Assembly (NCBI RefSeq): GCF_006345805.1
Contig: NC_043023.1
Coordinates: 9,920,001-9,984,000, forward strand
Length of the DNA: 64,000 bases
Origin: Octopus sinensis
Lineage: Eukaryota
Reading direction: 5' to 3'
The position numbers and the translations under genes are program-made. Shown piece by piece: positions 1 through 12,515 of the stretch. Every line of letters starts with the position of its first letter. The first letter of the stretch is position 1. Under the pieces are notes generated by a model. It searched no databases, was not told the DNA's origin, and saw only the letters and a list, made by a program, of their open reading frames with translations.

Positions 1-82
1 AAGATTCACAGAATTCTATGATTTACAATATTATTATTAGTATTATTATCATCATTAAAGCCTTAAAGTAAATCTTTGTCAA

Positions 83-240
83 CTTACCCTGTTCAGATAG
101 GAACTGCGAGTCAGCGATCGCTAATTGAGCACCTTAATTAATAATTGGAGCTTGGTCGATGTAGTGTAGAAGTTATTTCCCTTTATATGATTGTATTTCC
201 TGAATTCTCCAATAGATGTCTCTACTGATTGGTCGGGTTC
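83..240 (-). other. Candidate non-coding first exon of a ZNF gene lying left of the window
   Basis: Donor CAGG|GTAAGT at 87/88 and CCAATC at ~227-232; homologous to 11340-11520. Confidence 0.45.
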
Positions 241-320
241 GTTCCGGTGGCTTTTCTTTGTTTCATTCTGTCAAGAACTTCACTTTCACATTTTTGTTTT
301 TTTTTGTAATTTTTGTCTAC

Positions 321-597
321 TTTTTTACTCGTTTCAGTCATGTGGCTGTGGCCATGCTGGAGCACCGCCTTTAGTCGACCCCCCCCCCCAGGACTTATTC
401 TTTGCAAGCCTAGTACTTATTCTATCGGTTCTCTTTTGCCGAACCGCTAAGTTACGGGGGGGGGGCGTATACACACCAGCATCGGTTGTCAAGCGATGTT
501 GGAGGGGGGGGTGACAAACACAGACACACAAACATATACACACACATGTATATATATATACATATATACGACAGGCTTCTTTCAGTTTCCGTCTACA
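321..597 (-). mobile_element. SINE family 1 (tRNA-derived), 5'-truncated; a diverged + strand 3' fragment follows at ~615-750
   Basis: Matches body/tail of full copies such as 13286-13668. Confidence 0.85.
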
Positions 598-880
598 ACT
601 GAGTGGCTTGGCAAGATAATGATAGAATAATTACCAGGCTTTAAGAGAAATAAGTGCTAGGGCTTGATACATTTGACTAAAGATTCTTCAAAGTGGTGCC
701 CCAGCATGGTCACAGTCTAATGACTGAAACAGATAAAAAGATACAAGATTAAAAGCTTTGGATGATAAAAATCATCACAGCTTCCAATTACCGTAAATCC
801 TTGTGTATAATCCGCATTTTTTCCCCCAAAATTTAAAGGTCAAAATCCATAGTGTATACTATACACGAGGTTAAAAATGA

Positions 881-1345
881 GCCACTAATACTAACTACTA
901 TACTATACTATACATTGGATAATGTGGTCCTAGATACACTATGCCCGCATAAAAGGTGGGATGGTCACAGCTGGAATATCTTTGATCATAGGTCTGTCTG
1001 GATCAGGACTGACCTGGGGCTAAACAACAGCTATAGCCACTAATACTAACTCCTGTACTATACATTAGATAATGTAGTCCTAGATACACTATGCCTGAAT
1101 AAAAGATGGGATGGTCACAGATGGAATATCTTTGATCATAGGTCTGTCTGGATCAGGACTGACCTGGGGCTAAACAACAGCTATAGCCACTAATACTAAC
1201 TCCTGTACTATACATTAGATAATGTAGTCCTAGATACACTATGCCTGAATAAAAGATGGGATGGCCACAGCTGGAACATCTTTGATCATCGGTCTGTCTG
1301 GATCTGGACTGACCTGGGACTAAACAAGTTATAGCCACTAACACT
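881..1345 (+). repeat. About 3 tandem copies of a ~150-bp unit resembling a SINE tail
   Basis: GCCACTAA at 881, 1036, 1186, 1334; ends GACCTGGGGCTAAACAAC; inverse of the same tail at ~48945. Confidence 0.85.
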
Positions 1346-1374
1346 TACTACTATATTATACATGAGATGACGTA

Positions 1375-1810
1375 CCGTAAATCCTCGAGTATAATCCGCA
1401 TTTTCCCCCAAAAAATTTAAAGGTCAAAATCCCTAGTGCGTATTATATACAAGGCTAAAAATGAAAAATATTTTCTAAGCAATGTCCAAGTCTCTATTTG
1501 CTGTCCGGCAATGTTTATTCAGACGCATTTTGTGATGTCGGGCGCAAAAATACCTTAAGCTAAGCCTGAAAGCAATGAAGTCTTAAAAGAATCATCCATA
1601 ACTTGCAGTAAGCAACATTTATTAAACGTTATTACTGTTATTTCTTTATTTTCTGCTAACAAAATGCACAAAAAAGCTACACGTTTGCATTATGTTATAT
1701 ATACAATAATAATAAAGGACGTTACCGTATACATTTTTACAAACCAAGGATTTTATATGGATCTCCTTGGCTCAAGTTAGAGAAGGGGTGCGTATTATAC
1801 ACAAGACTTG
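1375..1810 (+). mobile_element. pogo/Tigger-like MITE (partial copy of left end at 792-880)
   Basis: TA|CCGTAAATCCTCGAGTATAATCCGCA terminus; degenerate right end TGCGTATTATACACAAG. Confidence 0.6.
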
Positions 1811-2018
1811 GAGAAATTTTTTATTAGAGTCTCCTAGTCCCTTATCTGGATAGAGGAGTGGTCAGTGAGAGCCATATAAGCTTTATACAAGGACACTACA
1901 GGTAAGGTGGGGGTGGGCAACAAGTACAGCAAAGAATTCAGGGTACAAGAAGGGAGTCACCAAGGATCGGTGCCCAACCCTATCTTGTTCATCATAATCC
2001 TTCACTATTTTTACAGAA

Positions 2019-2127
2019 TTATTTATAACAGATATCAGAGTGATACGGTTTCTCTCCTGTATGAACACAACTGTGACTAGTTAAAATGGTATTTTGCAGA
2101 AAATGATTTACCACAGGTATCACAATG
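2019..2127 (-). pseudogene. Decayed finger(s) behind the ZNF-A stop codon
   Basis: After KP-TAA the frame continues [10 protein letters not shown], then a frameshift, then [22 protein letters not shown]. Confidence 0.8.
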
Positions 2128-3351
2128 TTATGGTTTCTCACCTGTAGAAATACATTTGTGCCCTTCCATGTTGCTAGCTGCAGAAAATGATTCCCCACAG
2201 GTGTCACAATGATAAGGCTTCTCACCTGTATGAATGCGCTGGTGTTTAGTTAAGCCACCCCTTTGAGAAAATGATTTACCACAGATATCACAGTGGTGTG
2301 GTTTCTCACCTGTATGAACATACCTGTGTTTGGTTAAGGTACTCATTTCAGAGAATGAATTACCACAGATATCACACTGATATGGTTTTTCCCCAGTATG
2401 AACACGTCTGTGACCAGTCAAGGTACTACTTTGAGAGAACGACTTACCACAGATATCACAACGATACGGCTTCTCACCTGTATGTGTAGGTTTGTGATTA
2501 ATCAAGTGATTAATCTGAGTGAATGATTTACCACAGATATTGCAGTGATAGGGCTTCTCACCTGTATGAATACGTTTGTGACTAGTTAAAATGCGATTGT
2601 CAGAAAACGATTCACCACAGATATTGCAATGAAATGGCTTCTCACCTGTATGAATGCGTTTGTGACTAGTTAACGAGTTATTTCCAGAGAATGATTTGCC
2701 ACAGATATCACAGACATATGGTTTTTCCCCAGTATGAATACGTTTGTGTATAGTCCAGGTACTATTAGAGGAGAATGATTTACCACAGACATCACAATGA
2801 TATGGCTTCTCACCTGTATGAATGCGCTTGTGAGTAGTTAACGAGTTATTTCCAGAAAATGATTTACCACAGATATCGCAACGATATGGTTTTTCACCTG
2901 TGTGAATACGTGTGTGCATAGTCAAGTTACTCTTTTCAGAAAATGATTTATCACAGGTATCACAACGATATAACTTCTCACCTGTATGAATTCGTTTGTG
3001 TTTATTCAAGTCACTGCAACAAAAGAAAGATTTTCCACAGGTATCACAGTCATATGGTTTTTCACCTGTATGAATACATTTGTGCTTGGTCAAGTAACTG
3101 TTTACAGAAAATGATTTACCACAGGTATCACAACGATATGGCTTCTCACCTGTATGAATAAGTTTGTGTGTTTTCAACTGACTGGCTTCACAGAATGATT
3201 TACCACAGGTATTGCAATGATGAGGCTTCTCACCTGTATGTGTACGTCTGTGACTAGTTAACTTACTGTTGCGAGAGAATGATTTCCCACAGGTAATGCA
3301 ATGAAATGACTTCTCACCTTTATTGGGGATTTTTTTAGTTGAATTATCCAT
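2128..3351 (-). CDS. C2H2 zinc-finger protein ZNF-A (13 intact fingers + 1 degenerate), no KRAB domain
   Basis: ORF 2128..3474 with tandem CxxC-x12-HxxxH and TGEKPY linkers. Start placed at MDNS (3351) because this ATG is shared with ZNF-B and ZNF-C, while the upstream ATG (3474) is out of frame in ZNF-C (7 vs 6 T run). Confidence 0.9.
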   Translation of the reverse strand: MDNSTKKIPNKGEKSFHCITCGKSFSRNSKLTSHRRTHTGEKPHHCNTCGKSFCEASQLKTHKLIHTGEKPYRCDTCGKSFSVNSYLTKHKCIHTGEKPYDCDTCGKSFFCCSDLNKHKRIHTGEKLYRCDTCDKSFSEKSNLTMHTRIHTGEKPYRCDICGKSFSGNNSLTTHKRIHTGEKPYHCDVCGKSFSSNSTWTIHKRIHTGEKPYVCDICGKSFSGNNSLTSHKRIHTGEKPFHCNICGESFSDNRILTSHKRIHTGEKPYHCNICGKSFTQINHLINHKPTHTGEKPYRCDICGKSFSQSSTLTGHRRVHTGEKPYQCDICGNSFSEMSTLTKHRYVHTGEKPHHCDICGKSFSQRGGLTKHQRIHTGEKPYHCDTCGESFSAASNMEGHKCISTGEKP

Positions 3352-3595
3352 TATGAGAGAATAATTAATTAGACGTATCACAATGATAATGATTTTTTTC
3401 ATTTCCATGAATATGTTTGTGTGAAGTTGGATCACTATTGTCAGAGAATAATTTAATGTTAATCTTTCTTTCATCTGTGATCTTTATACCTAAATCAACA
3501 GGTGAAAACTGTCAACTCTTTTGTAAAGTTTATCCAAGCTTAATTAACCTGTAAAGGAGTCATCTCTTCTCCATTCCAGAGAGCGAAGACAAGAT

Positions 3596-3847
3596 AAACT
3601 GCCAGCATCAGTTGTTGGTTGTCGGATCACTGCATCCTTCAAAACTTCCATGCTTCTGAGATTCGCCAACACCACACCTGATCTTTCTCCCCTCCATACA
3701 CACACAAGCATGTATCTGACTCATACACTGTTCACTTCCCAGACATTTCTACATTACTGCATGTACTTTATATGCACTTTCTGACAAGTTGTGGGGCACC
3801 TGAGCACTGTATACAATAATTTCATTATTATTATTATTATTATTATT
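3596..3847 (+). mobile_element. CR1-like LINE 3' end (orthologous copy at 23444-23696)
   Basis: KLPASVVGCRITASFKTS-type ORF2 end, 3'UTR and (ATT)n tail. Confidence 0.85.
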
Positions 3848-3997
3848 CACTGTTGTCTGTCAGAGATTATATTTTTGTAAAGAAGATGTATTGATGAATG
3901 TTCCTTATAAAAATATCGTCTTCCTTTAAATGATGAAAGTTGATAAAAATATCAGAGGCACATCTGAACGAAGTAATTTCTTTGATGTCAACATGAT

Positions 3998-4030
3998 GTG
4001 ATATTCTGAAATAGAGAAAAAGAAGCAGTG
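3998..4030 (-). other. Splice acceptor of the ZNF coding exon (also at 24221 for ZNF-C and 48658 for ZNF-D)
   Basis: Polypyrimidine + TTTCAG|AATAT in all three genes. Confidence 0.65.
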
Positions 4031-4432
4031 AGATAAAGAGAATTCTTAAATGACATAGTAATTCAACATTGCAAATCTTACAACATCAACACTGTCATCC
4101 ATTTAATGTCTATGTTTTCAGGGGTCAGAATTCACCGAGGCTTTGAAAGTTTTACACCATTCTGTATATAGATGGAGGGTTCTTACATTTCTCTTTTAGC
4201 AAGCAAAATGTAGACAGTTTACCATGAAATGCGGATGGCTGGTTTACATAAAGGTAATGATAAATATCAGAACGTGAATTCAAAAATATGTAATATACTA
4301 ACACACAGAAAAATTAAAATAAAAACATGCAGGTGAAAAGAATCTCGCGGTGTGAAGAATCAAGCGTGAAAAATCAACATCGAACAAAATGCAAAACAGA
4401 CAACAGTGAAGTGAACCATAACACAACGTGCA

Positions 4433-4480
4433 GTTGTCATGGTAACTAGCTGCCAATGCCACGCCGGCTGTTGATTGGCT
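4433..4480. promoter_or_regulatory. RFX X-box-like palindrome plus CCAAT boxes
   Basis: GTTGTCATGGTAAC (4433-4446), CCAAT (4453) and ATTGG (4474) in a locally CpG-richer patch. Confidence 0.45.
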
Positions 4481-4528
4481 AAAATTACCCAAATTTCACA
4501 ACTTGAATTCCAAATAAGACCAGATTCT

Positions 4529-4969
4529 TTAATTTACGAGATGTGATATTCTGAAACAGAATGATTTACCACAGGTATTGCAATGATGTGGCTTCTCACC
4601 TGTATGTGTACATCTGTGACTAGTTAACTTACTGTTGCGAGAGAATGATTTCCCACAGGTAATGCAATGATATGGCTTCTCACCTGTGTGAATACGTGTG
4701 TGCCTAGTCAAATGACTGTTTTCAGAAAATGATTTACCACAGGTATCACAATGATATAGCTTCTCACCTGTATGAATATGTTTGTGTGTTTTTAAGTGAC
4801 TGGCTTCGGAGAATAATCTACCACATGTATTGCAATGATGTGGCTTCTCACCTGTATGTGTACATCTGTGACTAGTTAACTTACTGTTGCGAGAGAATGA
4901 TTTCCCACAGGCAATGCAATGAAATGACTTCTCACCTTTATTGGGGATTTTTTTAGTTACATTATCCAT
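4529..4969 (-). pseudogene. ZNF-B: partial duplicate of a ZNF-A-like gene (4 fingers, 5th truncated)
   Basis: [16 protein letters not shown] start nearly identical to ZNF-A; finger 4 repeats finger 1 (RNSKLTSH); breaks off in finger 5 into a copy of the acceptor motif TTCAG|AATATCACATC. Confidence 0.75.
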
Positions 4970-5014
4970 TATGAGAGAATAATTAATCATACGTATCACA
5001 TAATAATGATAATG

Positions 5015-5796
5015 ATTGGCTGATTGTATTCTAATGATAGAATAATTACCAGGCTTTAAGAGAAATAAGTGCTAGGGCTTGATACAGTTGACTAAAGATT
5101 CTTCAAAGTAATTGGCTGATCGTATTCTAATGATAGAATAATTACCAGGCTTTAAGAGAAATAAGTGCTAGGGCTTGATACATTTGACTAAAGATTCTTC
5201 AAAGTAATTGGCTGATCGTATTCTAATGATAGAATAATTACCAGGCTTTAAGAGAAATAAGTGCTAGGGCTTGATACATTTGACTAAAGATTCTTCAAAG
5301 TAATTGGCTGATCGTATTCTAATGATAGAATAACTACCAGGCTTTAAGAGAAATAAGTGCTAGGGCTTGATACAGTTGACTAAAGATTCTTCAAAGTAAT
5401 TGGCTGATCGTATTCTAATGATGGAATAATTACCAGGCTTTAAGAGAAATAAGTGCTAGGGCTTGATACAGTTGACTAAAGATTCTTCAAAGTAATTGGC
5501 TGATCGTATTCTAATGATAGAATAATTACCAGGCTTTAAGAGAAATAAGTGCTAGGGCTTGATACAGTTGACTAAAGATTCTTCAAAGTAATTGGCTGAT
5601 CGTATTCTAATGATAGAATAATTACCAGGCTTTAAGAGAAATAAGTGCTAGGGCTTGATACATTTGACTAAAGATTCTTCAAAGTAATTGGCTGATCGTA
5701 TTCTAATGATAGAATAATTACCAGGCTTTAAGAGAAATAAGTGCTAGGGCTTGATACATTTGACTAAAGATTCTTCAAAGTAATTGGCTGATCGTA
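5015..5796 (+). repeat. 96-bp minisatellite, 8 units
   Basis: ATTGGCTGAT at 5015, 5111, 5207, 5303 ... 5783. Confidence 0.95.
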
Positions 5797-5937
5797 ATCA
5801 AAATTCAGAGTTGTATCGATACACCAAAATTGAAAGCAACCTGAGCAAAATTAAAGGGGACTCGTTTTGCAAATACGAATGATTGCATTAATTCTATTAT
5901 GCAAAAAAAAAACAATAAAAAAAGAATGGTTTTAATA

Positions 5938-6095
5938 TGTCAATCTAACACGAACGTGACAGTAGGGGGGGTACATGTAAATGTATATAAGGACACAGGA
6001 AAAATGTGTCAAAGCCATCAGGAGGCGTCGATGCTTCCTAGGGTTAAACAGCGGTGGTGTACCCCCCCTACTGTCACGTTCGTGTTAGATTGACA
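5938..6095. mobile_element. Small MITE with ~38-bp perfect TIRs
   Basis: TGTCAATCTAACACGAACGTGACAGTAGGGGGGGTACA and its reverse complement. Confidence 0.8.
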
Positions 6096-6102
6096 GTATA
6101 CA

Positions 6103-7618
6103 TATTTCTTTACTACCCAACAGGGGCTAAACACAGAGGACAAACAAGGACAGACAAAGGGATTAAGTCGATTACATCGACCCCAGTGCGTAACTGGTAC
6201 TTAATTTATCAACCCCAAAAGGATGAAAGGCAAAGTCGGCCTTGGCGGAATTTGAACTCAGAACGTAGCGACAGACGAAATACCTATTTCTTTACTACCC
6301 ACAAGGGGCTAAACACAGAGGGGACAAACAAGGACAGACAAACGGATTAAGTCGATTACATCGACCCCAGTGCGTAACTGGTACTTAATTTATCGACCCC
6401 GAAAGGATGAAAGGCAAAGTCGACCTCGGCGGAATTTGAACTCAGAACGTAGCGACAGACGAAATACCTATTTCTTTACTACCCACAAGGGCTAAACACA
6501 GAGGGGACAAACAAGGACAGACAAACGGATTAAGTCGATTACATCGACCCCAGTGCGTAACTGGTACTTAATTTATCGACCCCGAAAGGATGAAAGGCAA
6601 AGTCGACCTCGGCGGAATTTGAACTCAGAACGTAGCGACAGACGAAATACCTATTTCTTTACTACCCACAAGGGGCTAAACACAGAGGGGACAAACAAGA
6701 CAGACAAACGGATTAAGTCGATTACATCGACCCCAGTGCGTAACTGGTACTTAATTTATCGACCCCGAAAGGATGAAAGGCAAAGTCGACCTCGGCGGAA
6801 TTTGAACTCAGAACGTAACGGCAGACGAAATACCTATTTCTTTATTACCCACAAGGGGCTAAACACAGAGGGGACAAACAAGGACAGACAAAGGGATTAA
6901 GTCGATTACATCGACCCCAGTGCGTAACTGGTACTTAATTTATCAACCCCAAAAGGATGAAAGGCAAAGTCGACCTCGGCGGAATTTGAACTCAGAACGT
7001 AGCGACAGATGAAATACCTATTTCTTTACTACCCACAAGGGGCTAAACACAGAGGGGACAAACAAGGACAGACAAACGGATTAAGTCGATTACATCGACC
7101 CCAGTGCGTAACTGGTACTTAATTTATCGACCCCGAAAGGATGAAAGGCAAAGTCGACCTCGGCGGAATTTGAACTCAGAACGTAACGGCAGACGAAATA
7201 CCTATTTCTTTATTACCCACAAGGGGCTAAACACAGAGGGGACAAACAAGGACAGACAAAGGGATTAAGTCGATTACATCGACCCCAGTGCGTAACTGGT
7301 ACTTAATTTATCAACCCCAAAAGGATGAAAGGCAAAGTCGACCTCGGCGGAATTTGAACTCAGAACGTAGCGACAGACGAAATACCTATTTCTTTACTAC
7401 CCACAAGGGGCTAAACACAGAGGGGACAAACAAGGACAGACAAACGGATTAAGTCGATTACATCGACCCCAGTGTGTAACTGGTACTTAATTTATCGACC
7501 CCGAAAGGATGAAAGGCAAAGTCGACCTCAGCGGAATTTGAACTCAGAACGTAACGGCAGATGAAATACGGCTACGCATTTCGCCCGGCGTGCTAACGTT
7601 TCTGCCAGCTCACCACCT
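6103..7618 (-). repeat. SINE family 2 concatemer: one head + 8 tandem ~184-bp bodies
   Basis: A-box head TGGCAGAAACGTTAG at right end only; 13-bp TSD TTGACAGTATACA at 6090-6102 and 7619-7631. Confidence 0.92.
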
Positions 7619-7702
7619 TTGACAGTATACAACCATTCAATCGCCCCACCACCGTACATGGCGGCCGGGGGTGTTTGTCTCCCCTTCATAAATGTATATA
7701 AG

Positions 7703-8425
7703 ATGCAGGAGTGGCTGTGTGGTAAGTAGCTTGCCAACCAACCACATGGTTCTGGGTTCAGTCCCACTGCGTGGCATCTTGGGCAAGTGTCTTCTACTAT
7801 AGCCCCGGGCCAACCAAAGCCTTGTGAGTGGATTTGGTAGACGGAAACAGAAAGAAGCCTGTCGTATATATGTATATATCTGATTAGTTAGAAAGAGCAA
7901 ATCAGTAGACGCACATGTGTCTATCGAGGTGCGATCTCATAATAACAGGAATCTTACTGAAGAGCCTACCTGAGTAAATAAATATAATTTTTATTGCTGA
8001 AATAGGTGAAACTGCAGTCTAAGAAGAACCGAGTTAGTAAAAGTTTTTATTTTCATTTCACTAAATTTATCAAGCTTCTGTGTATCTAGTACATACTTCG
8101 CCTTTAATGTACTTATATATGAATAATATATGGCCTGTGCTAGAAACACCAGCGATAATAATTAATTTTATTTTATCGCATTCTGACTTTGTTTATATAT
8201 ATATATAAATATGTGTGTGTGTTTGTCCCCCTAGCATTGCTTGACAAACGATGCTGGTGTGTTTACGTCCCCGTCACTTAGCGGTTCGGCAAAAGAGACC
8301 GATAGAATAAGTACTGGGCTTACAAAGAATAAGTCCCGGGGTTGATTTGCTCAACTAAAAGGCGGTGCTCCAGCATGGCCGCAGTCAAATGACTGAAACA
8401 AGTAAAAGAGAGTAAAGAGAAAGAG
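7703..8425 (+). mobile_element. SINE family 1, split by ~330 bp at its central microsatellite
   Basis: Head with A box TGGCTGTGTGG and B box GGTTCAGTCCC at 7703-7878; 3' half at ~8200-8425. Confidence 0.8.
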
Positions 8426-8457
8426 AGTTCGAATGAAACATAAAAATTTAGTTATAA

Positions 8458-9100
8458 TCTTTATATATAAAAGTCAAGTTGTGTGTCTGTCTCCTACGAT
8501 TTAGATTCCTAACTACTCCCACATTTTGCGGTGCAGTTTAACCAAAAGCGGGTATCTTATAGTCGTGATTCATATCGAGCCCTTTTGTGTTTTAGCGCGC
8601 GTCTACGATTTAAAAAAAAAATTACCATCATTTTTTTCCATTTTAATGCATTTTTTTCACTATTATATAAGGGAAGTAACTCTCTAAAAATGTCTACGAT
8701 GAGTCTACGATTTAAAAAAAAATTTACCATCATTTTTTGCTAATTTTTGGCTATAACTCTCTAAAAATGCTTATATAGTTATTTCCCTTACAAACCCGAG
8801 CAACGCCGAGCAATACTGCTAGTCTTTATATATAAAAGGGAAGTTGTGTGAGTGTCTGTCTCCCACGATTTAGATTCCTAACTACTCCCACATTTTGCTG
8901 TGCGGTTTAACCAAAACCGGGTATCTTATAGTCGTGATTCATATCGAGCCCTTCTGGGTATTAGCGCGTGTCTACGATGAGTCTACGATTTAAAAAAAAA
9001 TTTACCATCATTTTTTGCTAATTTTTGGCTATAACTCTCTAAAAATGCTTAAATAGTTATTTCCCTTACAAACCCGAGCAACGCCGGCCGATACTGCTAG
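8458..9100 (+). mobile_element. Two head-to-tail non-autonomous Helitrons (8458-8822, 8823-9100)
   Basis: A|TC start, subterminal CCCGAGCAACGCCG hairpin, CTAG|T end; second TC begins immediately after the first CTAG. Confidence 0.88.
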
Positions 9101-9282
9101 TATGACATAAACGAAAACTTGGCTTACTTTTGCCTTTATAACTTTAGTGCGTTTCTTTCTTAATAACATTAGAAAACATAACATATGTTAAAATGAAAAG
9201 GGGGTAGAAGTGCAGGTTCCGAATTTTGAACCCGGCAGCCTATAAGGCCCAGCAACTAATTTTTCCTTTCTTTGATGATCGG

Positions 9283-9668
9283 ATGGAAGCACTCCGTCGG
9301 TTACGACGACGAGGGTTCCGGTTGATCCGAATCAACGGAACAGCCTGCTCGTGAAATTAACGTGTAACTGGCTGAGCACTCCACAGACACGTGTACCCTT
9401 AACGTAGTTCTCGGGGATATTCAGCGTGACACAGAGAGTGACAAGGCCGGCCCTTTGAAATACAGGTACAACAGAAACAGGAAGTAAGAGTGAGAGAAAG
9501 TTGTAGTGAAAGTGTACATCAGGGATCACCACCATCCCCTGCCGGAGCCTCGTGGTGCTTTAGGTGTTTTCGCTCAGTAAACACTCACAACGCCCGGTCT
9601 GGGAATCGAAACCGCGATCCTGCGACCGCGAGTCCGCTGCCCTAACCACTGGGCCATTGCGCCTCTAC
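9283..9668 (-). mobile_element. SINE family 3 (tRNA-like head GGCCCAGTGGTTAGGGCAGCGGACTCGCGG)
   Basis: A/B boxes at right end; tail CCGACGGAGTGCTTCCATCC. Confidence 0.88.
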
Positions 9669-9716
9669 ACTTTGATGATTAAGCCGGGTTACACACAAGG
9701 AGAGGTACACACCTAA

Positions 9717-9753
<37 letters not shown>

Positions 9754-10212
9754 TGCATAAAGAAAAATACATACATACACAGGTGTGTACACATGCTGAG
9801 CAACAAAAAAAAAGAAAAAGCTCCGATAACAGACATAGACAATAACCACTGAAGAGGTGGCAAAGAAGTAACGAATATTTTAGAAAATAAATAACTAAAT
9901 ATGTAAATAAGGGGAAATCGAACCGGTGAGTGTATTAATTAACAACGTATTAAAACAGAATTACTCTTCATAGATACAAAATATGCTTCAACACACCAAT
10001 TCATATAAAGAATCTTGTAAACCAAAGACAAAAACGAAATTACTGTGGTACTCTTTAAACGGTTCTCTCTCATTTTACTAATTAATTACGCCGTTTTCTT
10101 CTCTGGGAATCGAAACCACGATCCTGCGACCGCGAGTCCGCTGCCCTAACCACTGGGCCATTGCGCCTCCACACAATAAATTTCCTCTATATCACATCTA
10201 ACAGCCGATAAC

Positions 10213-11062
10213 GGGAGACAATGGAGTTACGCATAAAGTAGTCCAGTCCGGCTTTTACATTTCATGTCCTGATACATCTCCTGCTGTGGCTGTGTAGTCC
10301 TATCCTGGACAAACACTCCCTCTGCCAGGTACCGCAAATGTAGCCAAGACTGTTCCTGGCTGGTTGTAATGTCATAGTTTCTTGTTGACGTCTTTTCTTT
10401 TCTTTCCATTTCTCCTCTCTCTCTCTCTCTCTCTGTCACTCCTTTGTATTCCCTCTTTTACGGTACGTCCCCAATCTCCACGGTTGCCGGCAACTGCCTC
10501 CCAATCGCTAATATTGATGTTGCAGGCCTTCATATCCCTTTTGCAAACATCCTTGTAACGTAAGAACGGTCTACCCACAGACCTAGTGGATGGAAGCACT
10601 CCGTCGGTTACGACGACGAGGGTTCCGGTTGATCCGAATCAACGGAACAGCCTGCTCGTGAAATTAACGTGTAACTGGCTGAGCACTCCACAGACACGTG
10701 TACCCTTAACGTAGTTCTCGGGGATATTCAGCGTGACACAGAGAGTGACAAGGCCGGCCCTTTGAAATACAGGTACAACAGAAACAGGAAGTAAGAGTGA
10801 GAGAAAGTTGTGGTGAAAGAGTACAGCAGGGATCACCACCATCCCCTGCCGGAGCCTCGTGGAGCTTTTAGGTGTTTTCGCTCAATAAACACTCACAACG
10901 CCCGGTCCGGGAATCGAAACCGCGATCCTATGACCGCGAGTCCGCTGCCCTAACAACTGGGCCATTGCGCCTCCACACAGACCTAGTACCCCTAGCAAGC
11001 TCTCCGTAGAGTATGTCCTTGGGGATTCTGCCATCTTTCATACGGCTAACATGCCCAAGCCA
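10213..11062 (-). mobile_element. RTE/BovB-like LINE 3' fragment
   Basis: [44 protein letters not shown] and C-terminal ICGTWQRECLSRIGLHSHSRRC, typical of RTE ORF C-termini. Confidence 0.85.
10588..10975 (-). mobile_element. SINE family 3 nested in an RTE LINE fragment
   Basis: 12-bp TSD CACAGACCTAGT at 10576-10587 and 10976-10987. Confidence 0.92.
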
Positions 11063-11234
11063 TAGGTTTTCACAAACAACAAACCAACATTTCAGTTTGG
11101 AAGTTATTATTTAAGACGAGGAAATATATTTTCCTAAAGTTTTTATGTTTTCGATTCGAAATAATTACTGTGACACCGAGAAGTTCCCAGAATTCTATTA
11201 ATTACATCGTTATTAGTAGTATTATTATCATCAT

Positions 11235-11580
11235 TGTCAACTTACCGTATTCAGACAAAAACTGCAAATCACAGACCGATCACTAATTAGTCTAATTAAT
11301 AATTCTCCGAAACTCCGAAAATAATTACTGTGACACCGAGATAATTCTATTAATTACATTGTTGTTATTAGCCTTAAAGTAAATTTTAGTCTTACCCTGT
11401 TCAGATATAAACTGCGAGTCTGTGATCGGTAATTAAGCACCTTAATTAATAATTTAATTGGAGCTTGGTTGAAGTTATTTCCCTTCAAATGATTGTATTT
11501 CTCGAATTCGCCTTCGTAACATATCTTTTCCTTTCCTGTAGCGCATTCGGGCCAGCTAGTCATGACTAGTCGATCCTTAC
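11235..11580 (-). other. Candidate 5' exon(s)/promoter block for ZNF-A
   Basis: Donor-like ACG|GTAAGT (~11240) and AGG|GTAAGA (~11395); homologous to 1-210 and 30870-31020. Confidence 0.45.
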
Positions 11581-11613
11581 TTTGTGTTATTTACTTTGTT
11601 TAAAAAAAATAAT

Positions 11614-12515
11614 GGCGATCTTTCGTCTCTAGTAGACCTTTCCGTCGATTTCCGTAAAAAAAATATTTTTTTTTTACATATGGGCTTGCGGGAACTTTTG
11701 AAGTAATATACATACATATACACATACACCGAGTACAAAATTTCAGTTATTTCTTTCTTTCACACATTACTCTCTCTGTCTCTTCACACACACTAACAGA
11801 AGCACTTCACTTACACAACATACTGTCTGTCTCCCACACACCCATCAAACACACACACACATGTACATCAATGCTTCACATGCACGGTAACTTCAAAAGA
11901 ACTTCCCTCGTCATACAATCGCTTTCTCTTAGTCTCTTTCGCTCTCATTACTTCAAAAGTTCCCGCAAACCCATATGCAAAAAAAAAAAAAAATTTTACG
12001 GAAATCGACGGAAAGGTCTACTAGAGACGAAAGATCGCCAAAATAATTAATTTGTGTGTTTTATTTACTTTGTTTAACAAAAATTATGGCAATCTTTCGT
12101 CTCCAGTAGACCTTTCCGTCGATTTCCGTAAAAAAATTTTTTTTTTTTACATATGGGCTTGCGGGAACTTTTGAAGTAATGAGAGCGAAAGAGACTAAGA
12201 GAAAGCGATTGTATGACGGGGGAAGTTCTTTTGAAGTTACCGTCCAGGGGAAGCATTGATGTACATGTGTGTGTGTGTGTGTGTTTGATGGGTGTGTGGG
12301 AGACAGACAGTATGTTGTGTAAGTGAAGTGCTTCTGTTAGTGTGTGTGAAGAGACAGAGTAATGTGTGAAAGAGAAAGAGATAACTGAATTTTTTTACTC
12401 GGTGTATGTGTATATGTATGTATATTACTTCAAAAGTTCCCGCAAGCCCATATGTAAAAAAAAATTTTTTTTTACGGAAATCGACAGAAAGGTCTACTAG
12501 AGACGAAAGATCGCC
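11614..12515. mobile_element. Two ~425-bp MITEs (11614-12039, 12088-12515) with ~90-bp TIRs and opposite interiors
   Basis: TIR GGCGATCTTTCGTCTCTAGTAGACCTTTCCGTCG; 8-bp TSD AAAATAAT around the first copy. Confidence 0.85.

Noticed and set aside
3352-3474. N-terminal extension MKERLTLNY... of ZNF-A as a KRAB-like effector domain
   Set aside because: No KRAB motif, and the homologous stretch is out of frame in ZNF-C; more likely 5'UTR.
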